In this document: piece after piece, positions 25,962 through 35,444 of the stretch
Position numbering within the stretch: position 1 is the first letter of the stretch
How the letters are laid out: every line of letters starts with the position of its first letter
From: Nitrososphaeria archaeon
Lineage (GTDB): Archaea; Thermoproteota; Nitrososphaeria; Nitrososphaerales; JACAEJ01
DNA length: 53,792 bases
Reading direction: 5' to 3'
Assembly (NCBI GenBank): GCA_029775875.1
Contig: JARVKD010000003.1
Span: 1 to 53,792 of the forward strand
The notes under the pieces: model-generated
The model's input: only the letters and a program-made list of their open reading frames with translations
Databases searched by the model: none
What the model was told of the DNA's origin: nothing
Position numbers and translations under genes: made by a program

Positions 25962-26693
25962 ATGACAAAGATGGGTGGAGATAAGAGGACTAAGAGATCA
26001 AAGGCACCAGCCTTCTGGAAGATTCCTAGAAAGAGAAATCAGTTCACTGTGACAGTAGCTCTGGGTCCACACCCCAAACAAGAAAGCTATCCTATATCTG
26101 TGCTAATTCGAGATATACTGGGCTTGGTTAGGACTTATAGAGAAGCAAAAACAGTCATTTATGAGGGAAAGATATTAGTTGATGGTATTGCTAGAAGAGT
26201 GCCAGATTTTCCTGTTGGCTTGATGGACGTCGTCGAAATCCCCTCTATTGGCAAAACCTTTAGGCTGGTTCCGGTTCAAGGTAACCCCCTCTATCCTATA
26301 GTGATTAATGATTCTGAGAAATCTCTAAAGTTATGTAAAGTCAAGGTGAAGAAGACCATTAAGGGAGGGCTAATTCAATATGGCTTCCATGATGGTAGGT
26401 CTATTCTTACTGATAATGGGATAAAGCTGAATATAGGGGACGTTTGTTTGTTGGAGATACCTTCTCAAAAAATCATAAAATCTGTGAAGTTAGAGAAAGA
26501 CAACCTGGCTATTATAACCAAAGGGAAGAAAGTTGGCCAGCTTGGCAGGATAGAACAATTAAAACAAGGTTCCTTCTCTCGTCCTAAAATGGTTTCACTA
26601 TCTGTCGAAGGCAAATTAACCGAACTACCATCAGATATCGTCTTTGTGGTTGGTGAGAAAAATCCTCTGATCACTATTAGCGAGGGAGTTTAA
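25962..26693 (+). CDS. rps4e: 30S ribosomal protein eS4
   Basis: 243 aa with archaeal/eukaryal S4e features (GPH...SYPISVLIRDILG..., KOW-like C-terminal part). Confidence 0.92.
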   Translation: MTKMGGDKRTKRSKAPAFWKIPRKRNQFTVTVALGPHPKQESYPISVLIRDILGLVRTYREAKTVIYEGKILVDGIARRVPDFPVGLMDVVEIPSIGKTFRLVPVQGNPLYPIVINDSEKSLKLCKVKVKKTIKGGLIQYGFHDGRSILTDNGIKLNIGDVCLLEIPSQKIIKSVKLEKDNLAIITKGKKVGQLGRIEQLKQGSFSRPKMVSLSVEGKLTELPSDIVFVVGEKNPLITISEGV

Positions 26694-26696
26694 TTT

Positions 26697-27233
26697 TTGT
26701 CAAATCCTCAGACAATAAAGACGGGTGAGAATGTAATGCGAGAGATTAAGATAGGCAAAGTAGTACTCAATATAGGAGTTGGCAGATCAGGCGATATACT
26801 TGAAAAGGCGAAGAAGATTCTTGAAGATTTATCAAATCAAAAACCTTGCCCTAGAAAGGCAAAGAGAACTGTGCGTGACTTTGGCATTCATAAAGGAGAA
26901 TCCATAGCCACCGCGGTCACTCTTAGGGGCGATAATGCTTTGAGGACTCTTAAACGCCTTTTGCTTGCAAAAGGGATGAGGCTTCCCGTTTCATCCTTCG
27001 ATGAGAGAGGAAGTTGTTCCTTTGGTATAAGAGAGCATATAGAAATACCAGGCACAAAATACGATCCTGAAACAGGAATATTTGGCTTAAACGTATCTGT
27101 CTTGTTAGAGCGACCTGGTTATCGAGTATCTAGGCGGAGAAGAGCAAGATCAGTAATAGGTAAGAATCATGTTGTTAATCGGGAAGAGGCAATAAAATTT
27201 TTCAAAGAAGCACTGGGGGTCGAAGTTTACTAA
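26697..27233 (+). CDS. rpl5: 50S ribosomal protein uL5
   Basis: Contains NPM.-like [15 protein letters not shown] and [14 protein letters not shown]. The start codon is uncertain. Confidence 0.9.
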   Translation: MSNPQTIKTGENVMREIKIGKVVLNIGVGRSGDILEKAKKILEDLSNQKPCPRKAKRTVRDFGIHKGESIATAVTLRGDNALRTLKRLLLAKGMRLPVSSFDERGSCSFGIREHIEIPGTKYDPETGIFGLNVSVLLERPGYRVSRRRRARSVIGKNHVVNREEAIKFFKEALGVEVY

Positions 27234-27397
27234 TGGTCAAGATTAGGCACGGCAAGCCAAAGAAGTTTGGTAAAGGTTCCAGGTACTGTAAAAGGTGTGG
27301 CCAGTACGGACCTGTCATACAAAAGTATAATATAATGCTATGTAGGCAATGTTTTAGAGAAGTTGCTGAAAAGCTTGGCTTCAGAAAGTTTGAGTGA
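27233..27397 (+). CDS. rps14: 30S ribosomal protein uS14 (zinc-binding type); not in the supplied ORF track
   Basis: Hand translation gives [54 protein letters not shown] (54 aa) with CxxC...CxxC. Its ATG overlaps the L5 stop (TAATG) and its stop overlaps the S8 start (TGATG). Confidence 0.9.
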   Translation: MVKIRHGKPKKFGKGSRYCKRCGQYGPVIQKYNIMLCRQCFREVAEKLGFRKFE

Positions 27398-27795
27398 TGT
27401 TCATGCCTGCTAAGAATGTTTTGGCTAACTTATTCTCAACAATTTATAATAACGAAATCAGGAAGAAAAAAGAGTGCCTTGTTATACCTGCCTCTAAACT
27501 TGCCAGTGAAGTCTTAAAGACTATGCAAAAATACAAATACATTGGAGAATTTGAGTATATTGATGATGGATTGTCTGGTAAATTGAGGATTCAGCTTTTA
27601 GGAAGGGTTAACAGATGTGGTGTCGTTTCTCCTAGATTCGCCGTTAAGAAAGACCATTATAGCGATTGGGAGCGTAGATTTTTACCAGCCATAGGTAGCG
27701 GAATATTGATAGTATCCACCCCAAAGGGTATCATGTCCCATGTTGAAGCTTTGAACCTTGGTTTAGGTGGAAGACTAATAGGATATGTGTATTAG
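27397..27795 (+). CDS. rps8: 30S ribosomal protein uS8
   Basis: LANLFSTIYNNE...GEFEYIDDG..GK..I.L.GR.N.CG..SPR...LIVST..GIMSH.EA...GLGG..IGYVY. Confidence 0.92.
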   Translation: MFMPAKNVLANLFSTIYNNEIRKKKECLVIPASKLASEVLKTMQKYKYIGEFEYIDDGLSGKLRIQLLGRVNRCGVVSPRFAVKKDHYSDWERRFLPAIGSGILIVSTPKGIMSHVEALNLGLGGRLIGYVY

Positions 27796-27841
27796 TCAGC
27801 TTAATTTTAAAACGATATATCTTTGATTAGATGAAATAATT

Positions 27842-28846
27842 ATGTTGGATGCCATTATTGCTAACAATCTGACAAAGATCTTCTTAACTAAGAAGAGAAG
27901 AGGTAGACTACCCTTTACAGGAGAGAAGATAGAAATAAAAGCCTTGGATGGATTAAGCTTAAGAGTCAAAGAAGGAGAAATAGTAGGGCTACTGGGTCCA
28001 AACGGAGCTGGCAAGACTACTCTAATCAAGGTCTTGAGCACTCTCATAATACCAGATAGTGGAACTGCGAAGGTGAATGGCTATGATATTCTAAAGGAAC
28101 CAGTTAGGGTTAGAGAAAGCGTAGGTGTCATGCTGACAGGTGAGAGGGCTCTTTACTGGAAGCTAACAGGTAGAGAGAACTTGCTTTACTTCTCAAAACT
28201 TTACCACGTGCCCAAAGATTTGGCAAGGCAAAGAATAGATGAGCTTTTAGCTTTAGTTGGGCTTGAAGAAAAGGCTGATGAACTTGTCGAGAATTACTCA
28301 TCGGGGCAAAGGGTAAGGCTAAGTTTTTCAAAAGCCTTGATCAACGATGCACCAATATTGTTCCTCGATGAACCTACGATGAGCTTAGACCCTCAATTCT
28401 CAAGGCGTATACGTAATACGATTAGATGGCTTAACGAGGAAAAAGGTAAGACTATTCTCTTGGCAACTCAAAATATGTTCGAGGCAGATGAACTATGCCA
28501 TAATGTTTCCATAATCAATCAAGGGAAGATAATTGTCACAGGATCGCCAAGTGAACTGAAGGCTAAGCTTTCGGAGAAAAAGAGCATAAGAGTGATAACT
28601 CGAGACCTATCTCTAAGAGAGATTTATAATGAGAACCTTTTGAACAGTGTAAAATGGACCGTAAAAGAAATCGATAACGGGCAATATGTTGTGTTACAAG
28701 TAATAGCTGAAGACGAGAAAAGTACTCTCCCTGAACTGATGGATATGATTGCAAGGCATCATGGGAAAGTAGTAAATGTGACTGTGAGTGAGCCCAGTTT
28801 AGAGGACGTATTCCTTAAGTTCACAGGGAAGGGTCTTGCTGGTTAG
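27842..28846 (+). CDS. ABC transporter ATP-binding protein (ABC-2/DrrA-like exporter type)
   Basis: Walker A GPNGAGKTT, signature SSGQRVRLS and Walker B ILFLDEPT, plus a C-terminal extension domain. Confidence 0.9.
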   Translation: MLDAIIANNLTKIFLTKKRRGRLPFTGEKIEIKALDGLSLRVKEGEIVGLLGPNGAGKTTLIKVLSTLIIPDSGTAKVNGYDILKEPVRVRESVGVMLTGERALYWKLTGRENLLYFSKLYHVPKDLARQRIDELLALVGLEEKADELVENYSSGQRVRLSFSKALINDAPILFLDEPTMSLDPQFSRRIRNTIRWLNEEKGKTILLATQNMFEADELCHNVSIINQGKIIVTGSPSELKAKLSEKKSIRVITRDLSLREIYNENLLNSVKWTVKEIDNGQYVVLQVIAEDEKSTLPELMDMIARHHGKVVNVTVSEPSLEDVFLKFTGKGLAG

Positions 28847-29672
28847 ATCATTAAATTATTTCCTTGATGGAGTTGTAGCCACAGCGTATAAAGAACTAAA
28901 GATATCCCTAAGATATTCAACATGGGTTCTGACGATGTTTGCAGCCCCCTACGTGCTATCAATTCTAATGCAAAATATTGGAGGCTTTGCTGGAGGTTCC
29001 CAAGCTTACGTTCGCTTTTCGGCTTATACGGGAACGGAGAACGCTTTTGTATACTTAGTCTTGGGAAGCCTCCTTTGGATGATGGCTGCTGTAGTCATGT
29101 GGGACATAGGCCTCTTGCTGAACAATGAAAGATGGAGAGGAACCTTAGAACAAAACGCCATGGCTCCCGTGCCTTTCGTTTCCTTAGCAATAGGCTTCAC
29201 TATAGCAGACATTTTGTTCACATCACCGGTATTCATAATCGGAGTTGCTTCAGCCCTTTTGATGGGAGGGGCTTTTCATCCAATTTCTTTCTTACAGATT
29301 TCCTTACTTTTCATAATAGGACTCCTTCCACTTTATGGCATGGGTTTGCTATTTGGAGCCATATCCTTCAAAAGCAGAAGGAGTTATTCAGTAGTGAATA
29401 CGCTCAATACCACCTTAGCCATAATCTCTGGTTCTCTTTATCCTATAACTATATTGCCATTATGGTTGCAATCTGTTTCGAACTTAATTCCATTAACCCA
29501 TGCAACAATCCTTGTTAGGACTTTTTCTCTTTTACCTCAGTTCTTTTTAAGCGAATCATGGCGTCTCTTAGTACTAGCATTCATGATGATCATCTATCCC
29601 TTAATAGGAATTTTTGCATTCAACATGGCTGATAAGCAAGCCCGAAGGAAGGGAGACTTTGCTAAGTATTAA
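28836..29672 (+). CDS. ABC-2 type transporter permease
   Basis: 278 aa with ~6 TM helices; translationally overlaps the ATPase gene. Confidence 0.75.
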   Translation: MLVRSLNYFLDGVVATAYKELKISLRYSTWVLTMFAAPYVLSILMQNIGGFAGGSQAYVRFSAYTGTENAFVYLVLGSLLWMMAAVVMWDIGLLLNNERWRGTLEQNAMAPVPFVSLAIGFTIADILFTSPVFIIGVASALLMGGAFHPISFLQISLLFIIGLLPLYGMGLLFGAISFKSRRSYSVVNTLNTTLAIISGSLYPITILPLWLQSVSNLIPLTHATILVRTFSLLPQFFLSESWRLLVLAFMMIIYPLIGIFAFNMADKQARRKGDFAKY

Positions 29673-29700
29673 ATCATTAATAAACTTGAGTTCAGATTTG

Positions 29701-30483
29701 ATGGCCGCGGCTTGGAAGAATTGGAAGATAAGAATCAGATATCCCGAATGGCTAATATCAGAGCTCATAGACTCGACCCTTTATCTTATCATGTTTTCAG
29801 TCGGGGCGTTGATATTTTTGCCAAGTTTTTCAAGCATCCAAGGATCTTTAGTAGTGAATTCTTTGGTTTGGGGGTTTGTGTTCATGGTGAATTTTGGCTA
29901 CGCTATCTGGAGCTTAGGTTTCTCGTTACAGGCAGAGAATAGGGCTGGCACTCTTGAACACGTATTTCTGGCGCCTGCATCAAGGCTTGCTTTCATAGTT
30001 GGGAGTGGATCTCAAAGTTTTGCAACTGGGGCTCTTTTGATAGTGATATTGTTACCGATGATAAATTTACTCCTAGGTATACCTATAATTATCCAAGATG
30101 CCGTTCTATTGACGGTCTCTTACGCAGTAATGATAGTTATGATGCTTGGGTTCGGCATAATCTTTGCTTCCTTAATTTGGCTTTTAAGAACTCCCGAAGG
30201 CATAGGAAGTTTGACTTATTTTCTTGTGATGATTTTTGCAAGTGTGTTTGTGCCTGCCACTACTCTTCAAGAGCCTCTAAGGATCGTAGTATCACTCTTC
30301 CCATTAACGTATCCTATAGATATGTTAAGGTACTCTGCCATAGGTACACCTACTCTATTTGAACCGATGCTAGAGCTTTTCTTCACCAGCGTATTATCTC
30401 TAGTCATGTTTTTCTTTGGTCTTTTGACATTTCGAATCATTGAGAGGAGGTTAAAGCGCGGGGGTACTTTGATATCCTTCTAG
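29701..30483 (+). CDS. ABC-2 type transporter permease (second)
   Basis: ~260 aa with ~6 TM helices. The ATG at 29701 is preferred over the longer ORF from 29614, which overlaps the previous gene. Confidence 0.7.
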   Translation: MAAAWKNWKIRIRYPEWLISELIDSTLYLIMFSVGALIFLPSFSSIQGSLVVNSLVWGFVFMVNFGYAIWSLGFSLQAENRAGTLEHVFLAPASRLAFIVGSGSQSFATGALLIVILLPMINLLLGIPIIIQDAVLLTVSYAVMIVMMLGFGIIFASLIWLLRTPEGIGSLTYFLVMIFASVFVPATTLQEPLRIVVSLFPLTYPIDMLRYSAIGTPTLFEPMLELFFTSVLSLVMFFFGLLTFRIIERRLKRGGTLISF

Positions 30484-30570
30484 TTTGGCATATGTTAGAC
30501 TTTTTTCCCATTAAACAAGTTTTTGCCCTGAAATTAACGTTTTTATAAACGATCTTTTTCAATCTTTGTT

Positions 30571-31077
30571 ATGAACGTGGCACCATTTGTTGAGTCTCCA
30601 CAAGATGTAGTAAAGAAGATGTTGCAACTAGTTCAGCCAAAGCCTGACGAGATTCTTTATGATATGGGTTCAGGAGATGGTAGGATAATCATTATGGCGG
30701 CGAAGGATTTCGGATTGCGTTGCGTAGGAATAGAGATTCGAGAAGATTTGGTCAGAAGAGCTATGGCGGAGATAAAAAGGTTCAACTTGGATAGCAGAAT
30801 TAAGGTGATGAACGAAGATTTTTTCAATGTGGACATATCTAATGCCGATATAATTACGCTATATCTTACAACTTCGGCAAATGAAAAGTTAAGACCGAAA
30901 CTTGAGAAGGAACTCAGGAGCGGTGTTCGTGTTGTATCTCATGATTATGAGATAAGAGGCTGGAGGCCGACAAGGATCTCTAGAGACGATCCACCAGGAC
31001 ATACAATATATCTCTACGTCTTCGATCCTGCAACAACTCCCACGAAAAATGAAGTTAAGTTCCCTTTCTTCCGATAG
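30571..31077 (+). CDS. Small class I SAM-dependent methyltransferase, aKMT-like (candidate protein lysine methyltransferase)
   Basis: SAM motif I ILYDMGSGDGRIII. The overall ~165-aa architecture and blocks (...NEDFFNVDISNADIITLYL...KLRPKLEKEL..G.RVVSHDYEIRGW...HTIYLY) match my recollection of crenarchaeal aKMT. Confidence 0.55.
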   Translation: MNVAPFVESPQDVVKKMLQLVQPKPDEILYDMGSGDGRIIIMAAKDFGLRCVGIEIREDLVRRAMAEIKRFNLDSRIKVMNEDFFNVDISNADIITLYLTTSANEKLRPKLEKELRSGVRVVSHDYEIRGWRPTRISRDDPPGHTIYLYVFDPATTPTKNEVKFPFFR

Positions 31078-31092
31078 ACATTTTCCTCGTTT

Positions 31093-31554
31093 TCACTTTG
31101 TAAAATTTTTCAATCTTTTCAACAAGAGCTCTATCTCTTACTCAGTATTGATGAGGAAATAACAATTCTCAATTCTAGACCTTTCTCTCTATTTATCTTT
31201 AGCTAAGGTAAGAAGTTGCTATGATGTTCTATGGCTGTAGTCACTATGTTCTGTCCTTTTTTTGAACTTTAGGTTGCTTGCTACAAAATTTAATCCTTCG
31301 CTAGTATTTCTCACAAAAGTTACCTCATCTTCTCTTGCATCTCTGAGCTTAGCTACGCTTTTCCTCGCTTCCTCTAATTCGCTTGTAGTTCTATCAGTTA
31401 TTCTGTAAACGCCTCTACCAGCATTGGCTCTATATTCTCGGTAGTATTCTAACATCTTCTCTAAGACTTGCTCAGGAGTCAAAGAACTAGCAGCACTATT
31501 TAGGTATATGAGTCCAGATTTAAAAATGGGAAAATCCTCTCTGTATCCATTCAA
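31093..31554 (-). pseudogene. Remnant of a SufS/CsdA-type cysteine desulfurase (class V aminotransferase) with large internal deletion
   Basis: The 111-aa ORF covers only the N-terminal ~100 aa of a ~400-aa family (FPIF...IYLNSAASSLTPEQVLE...YRANAGRGVY...EEARKSVAKL...EVTFVRNTSEGLN). Downstream at ~31093-31160 (minus strand) lies a C-terminal-like YFLINTE*EIELLLKRLKNFTK* with an in-frame stop. Confidence 0.7.
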
Positions 31555-31668
31555 CTCTAAAATAAATTCTATAAACGAATAATTAAAGGTTGAGCATTTT
31601 TGTTACATGATTTCTTGACAAGGAACGTTAAAAAACAAAGCTAAATTAAAAACTGTAGGTCGTTTGGT

Positions 31669-32970
31669 GTGCAAAAAGAGAAGTTCGATGCTATAGTGGT
31701 TGGAGCGGGTCCTGCTGGAACTACTTCTGCATTGATAATGGCAAAGGCAGGGCTTAGCGTCGCTTTACTAGAAAGAGGAGACTATCCAGGAGCGAAGAAT
31801 ATGTATGGTGGAGCTATATACAGATGGCCTTTAGAGTTAATAGTACCTGACTTTGCAGAAAAAGCTCCTATTGAAAGAAGAATAGTTGATCATAGGTTTA
31901 TGATCTTATCGAAGAGCTCAGGATTTAATTTCAGCTTTAAGAACCTAAGCTTTGCTCAGCCTCCTTACAACGCCTTTACAACTCTTAGGGCTAAGTTTGA
32001 TCTTTGGTACGCCAAATTGGCAGAAGAGGCAGGAGCCTTGCTTGCAACTTCAGTAAGTGTTACTGACCTTATCTGGGATGGCAAGAAGATTGTAGGTGTG
32101 AGGGCTGGAAAAGGCTCTGAAAACGAACTTTATGGTAATATAGTGATAGCTGCTGATGGGGCAAACTCCAAATTAGCCATACAAGCAGGTTTACGTCATC
32201 CATTAAGACCTGAAGAAGTCGCTCTGGGGGTAAAAGAAATTCTTGAACTTGATCGTAAAATCATCGAATCTAGGTTCAATTTAGGAGAAAATGAAGGTGT
32301 AGCCATCCAAGCGCTTGGAGTAACTCATGGAATGATGGGTGGCGGCTTCATTTACACCAATAAGAACAGTCTGAGCATAGGCTTAGTAGTGCTACTGGAG
32401 CATTTAATCAAATCAAAGATAAGGCCCTACGATCTATTAGACGAATTTAAGAGACACCCGCTCATAGAGCCTTTGATAGAAGGAGGAGAGCCAAAGGAGT
32501 ATAGCGCCCATTTAGTTCCTGAGTCAGGATATTACGGCATTCCAAAGCTATACACTGATGGATTGATGGTAGTTGGCGATGCTGCATCTCTAACCAGTAG
32601 CATATACCAAGAAGGAGTGAACATGGCCATAGAATCAGGCATTTATGCTGCTAAAGCAGCGATAAAAGCAAAAGAGTTAGGGGATTATTCATCCAACACT
32701 TTATCATATTACGAAAAACTCCTAAAATCGAGTTATGTAATGAAAGAATTGTATCAATTAAAAGACTTGCCAAAAATTTTCAGAGATAATCCTCGTCTTT
32801 TTAGTATTTACCCTGATCTGATAAATTACGTAATGAAAGAATTATTTAGCATGGATGGAGAGTTAAGAAGAGTTAAAAGCAAAAAGATAATTAAAATGAT
32901 AAGACAGAGAGTTGGCTTTTCTAAACTTTTGCTTGATTTAATAAAGGCTAGAAAAATTTTTTCATATTGA
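31669..32970 (+). CDS. fixC: FixC-type FAD-dependent ETF:quinone/ferredoxin oxidoreductase
   Basis: DAIVVGAGPAGTTSA dinucleotide fold and full-length FixC-like sequence, followed by fixX. Confidence 0.85.
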   Translation: MQKEKFDAIVVGAGPAGTTSALIMAKAGLSVALLERGDYPGAKNMYGGAIYRWPLELIVPDFAEKAPIERRIVDHRFMILSKSSGFNFSFKNLSFAQPPYNAFTTLRAKFDLWYAKLAEEAGALLATSVSVTDLIWDGKKIVGVRAGKGSENELYGNIVIAADGANSKLAIQAGLRHPLRPEEVALGVKEILELDRKIIESRFNLGENEGVAIQALGVTHGMMGGGFIYTNKNSLSIGLVVLLEHLIKSKIRPYDLLDEFKRHPLIEPLIEGGEPKEYSAHLVPESGYYGIPKLYTDGLMVVGDAASLTSSIYQEGVNMAIESGIYAAKAAIKAKELGDYSSNTLSYYEKLLKSSYVMKELYQLKDLPKIFRDNPRLFSIYPDLINYVMKELFSMDGELRRVKSKKIIKMIRQRVGFSKLLLDLIKARKIFSY

Positions 32971-33145
32971 AAATTGCTCATGAAGTGAGCATCAAAATTT
33001 TAATGATTTATATATGAAAATTCTTACTTTTTGAGTAAACCTATCATGCTTTAATTTTATCTGCTATCTTTATTTATTACTTCATCAGGGTTTATCCTCA
33101 TAGTTCTTGCCCTGAATATCTTTTTATCTTTGTAGGTTCAAAAAT

Positions 33146-33424
33146 ATGATAACTATGAGCATAGATGAAAAACTATCGCTTAATACCTATAAGGTCTATA
33201 AGGAAAATCACATAATAGTTGATAAGGAAAAGTGCATCACATGCATTGACAAGCCTTGTATATACTGCTGCCCTACTAATACTTATAGTTGGGAAAACGA
33301 TGATTTGATAATATCGTTTGAAGGTTGTGTCGAGTGCGGGACTTGTGAGATAGTATGTCCTTACAAAAAGATTCGCCTTACTTACCCTCCTTTAGGTCAT
33401 GGTATAATCTATCGCTATGGATGA
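33146..33424 (+). CDS. fixX: FixX ferredoxin-like protein
   Basis: 92 aa with C..C...C...CP plus EGCVECGTCEIVCP and a ...YPPLGHGIIYRYG terminus typical of FixX. Confidence 0.85.
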   Translation: MITMSIDEKLSLNTYKVYKENHIIVDKEKCITCIDKPCIYCCPTNTYSWENDDLIISFEGCVECGTCEIVCPYKKIRLTYPPLGHGIIYRYG

Positions 33425-33547
33425 TAAAGCTATGTTCAGAATTGTAAACAGTTGCCTTTTTATGTGCAATAATCATCAAAATAGTCAAACTTTTATAAGC
33501 CTTTGCTAAGTTATTGAGTTTAAAGGATAATCATGGAGTGAAATATT

Positions 33548-34360
33548 GTGTCTAAAGCCGGTCTAAAGATCATAGTCTGCATAAAGCAAGTCCCTGCTGT
33601 TCAAGACATTAAGATAGACCCTATTACACATACCCTTATACGTGAAAGCATGCCTAGCATGCTGAACCCTTGGGACGAGATTGGGGTCGAAGAAGGCATA
33701 AGACTTCGTGAGAAATATGGAGGAGAAGTAACAGTCATAACTATGGGTCCGATGCAGGCAAAAGAGGCTATTTTAAGATGTTTAGCCATGGGGGCTGATA
33801 GAGGAATTATAATCAGTGATAAAGCCCTTGCTGGTTCAGATACAATAGCCACAGCTTATGCTTTGTATATGCAGATAAAGAAGATGGAATATGATTTAAT
33901 TATTTGTGGAAAGATTTCAACAGACTCTGAGACAGGGCACATAGGACCTCATCTAGCAGAGTTATTGAATATACCTCAAATCTGCTATGTGAAGAAGGTT
34001 GATCTTGATATAGAGAAAAGGAGAATTATCGCTCATAAGGAAGCCGATGGAGGTATTGAAATCGTAGAAGCGCCTTTACCAGCTTTAATGACTACGACTA
34101 TAGGCTTAAATGAGCCACGCCTTCCAACTCTTAAAGGAATAATATCTTCAAAAAGAAAAGAGGTCAAAGTGGTAACTGCAAAAGATTTGGGCGGGAGTTT
34201 AAGCAATTATGGATTGAGAGGTTCTCCTACTTTTGTAGATGAAGTCTTTGAACCACCTTCTCGCAAACCCGAAATGATATTCCAAGGCGATCCAAAAGAA
34301 GCAGTTGAGAAAATAGTCCAAGTTCTTTTGAATAAGAAGCTAATCAGTTCAAGGAGTTAA
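33548..34360 (+). CDS. etfB: Electron transfer flavoprotein beta subunit (FixA/EtfB)
   Basis: KIIVCIKQVP start, DRGI.ISD, and an ETF-beta recognition-loop-like region. Confidence 0.9.
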   Translation: MSKAGLKIIVCIKQVPAVQDIKIDPITHTLIRESMPSMLNPWDEIGVEEGIRLREKYGGEVTVITMGPMQAKEAILRCLAMGADRGIIISDKALAGSDTIATAYALYMQIKKMEYDLIICGKISTDSETGHIGPHLAELLNIPQICYVKKVDLDIEKRRIIAHKEADGGIEIVEAPLPALMTTTIGLNEPRLPTLKGIISSKRKEVKVVTAKDLGGSLSNYGLRGSPTFVDEVFEPPSRKPEMIFQGDPKEAVEKIVQVLLNKKLISSRS

Positions 34361-34365
34361 TCAGC

Positions 34366-35424
34366 ATGCTAGAAAGATCTGAAGAAATTCCAAATCACAA
34401 AGGTATATGGGTATTCACAGAGCAAATCGATGGTAAGCTAAAGAATGTTGGTCTTGAACTGCTAGGTGCAGGTAGAAAAATTGCTGATAAGCTTGGCGAG
34501 GAACTCGTTGCAGTCTTGTTAGGACATGATGTTAATGGATTAGTAAAAGATTTAGGAGCCTATGGTGCTGATAAAGTAATTCTTGTCGAGCATGAATTAT
34601 TAAAGCAGTTTACAGTCGATGCCTACACAAAAGTTCTGGCTGAGCTTTCTATTAAGCATAAACCATCTGTATTTTTCATAGGAGGGACTTTGAATGGGCG
34701 TGAACTTGCTCCTAGGCTTGCAGCCCGTCTTAATACTGGTATAACCTCTGATTGCGTAGATTTTGATATAAATAGCGATGGTCATCTCATTCATGTAAAG
34801 CCTTTTGGTAAGCTCATGGCGAAGATAATTTGCAAAACTAGACCTCAGATGGCTACAGCCAAGCCTAACGTATTCAAAAAATTGGAACCTAATTGGGATA
34901 GAAGGGCAAAAATTGTTCGTGAAGAGGTCAAAATTAATCCTGAAGATATACGCACTAAGATTCTCGGAAGAGTAGAGGCAAATAAGAATCCTTATGGAAG
35001 TATTGAAGATGCTGATGTAATAGTCGCTGTTGGTAAAGGTCTATGCTCAAAGGAAAACCTCAAGTTAATCCAAGAATTGGCAGATTTGTTAGGAGCATCT
35101 GTAGCCTGTACTCGTCCAACAGTGGATAGGGGATGGCTTCCTTCCAGTCAGCAAGTGGGGCAGAGTGGTAAAACGGTTTCTCCAAAACTCTATATTGCTA
35201 TAGGCATATCAGGAGCCATGTATCATACAGTTGGTATGAAAAACTCTGATATTATAATAGCTATTAATAAAGACCCTAAAGCGCCTATATTCCAGATAGC
35301 TACCTATGGCGTTGTAGGAGACTTATTCAAGATTTTACCTCTTTTGATAGATAGGTTGAAGAAAGAAGTTAAAGAAGTGAAGTTGAGAATTACTGCTAAG
35401 GATACCCAAAAAAGAATAAACTAA
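34366..35424 (+). CDS. etfA: Electron transfer flavoprotein alpha subunit (FixB/EtfA)
   Basis: C-terminal FAD-binding signature ...QVGQSGKTVSPKLYIAIGISGAMYHTVGM..SD.IIAINKDP.APIF. Confidence 0.9.
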   Translation: MLERSEEIPNHKGIWVFTEQIDGKLKNVGLELLGAGRKIADKLGEELVAVLLGHDVNGLVKDLGAYGADKVILVEHELLKQFTVDAYTKVLAELSIKHKPSVFFIGGTLNGRELAPRLAARLNTGITSDCVDFDINSDGHLIHVKPFGKLMAKIICKTRPQMATAKPNVFKKLEPNWDRRAKIVREEVKINPEDIRTKILGRVEANKNPYGSIEDADVIVAVGKGLCSKENLKLIQELADLLGASVACTRPTVDRGWLPSSQQVGQSGKTVSPKLYIAIGISGAMYHTVGMKNSDIIIAINKDPKAPIFQIATYGVVGDLFKILPLLIDRLKKEVKEVKLRITAKDTQKRIN

Positions 35425-35444
35425 TCCTATATAGTGAAATTGTA

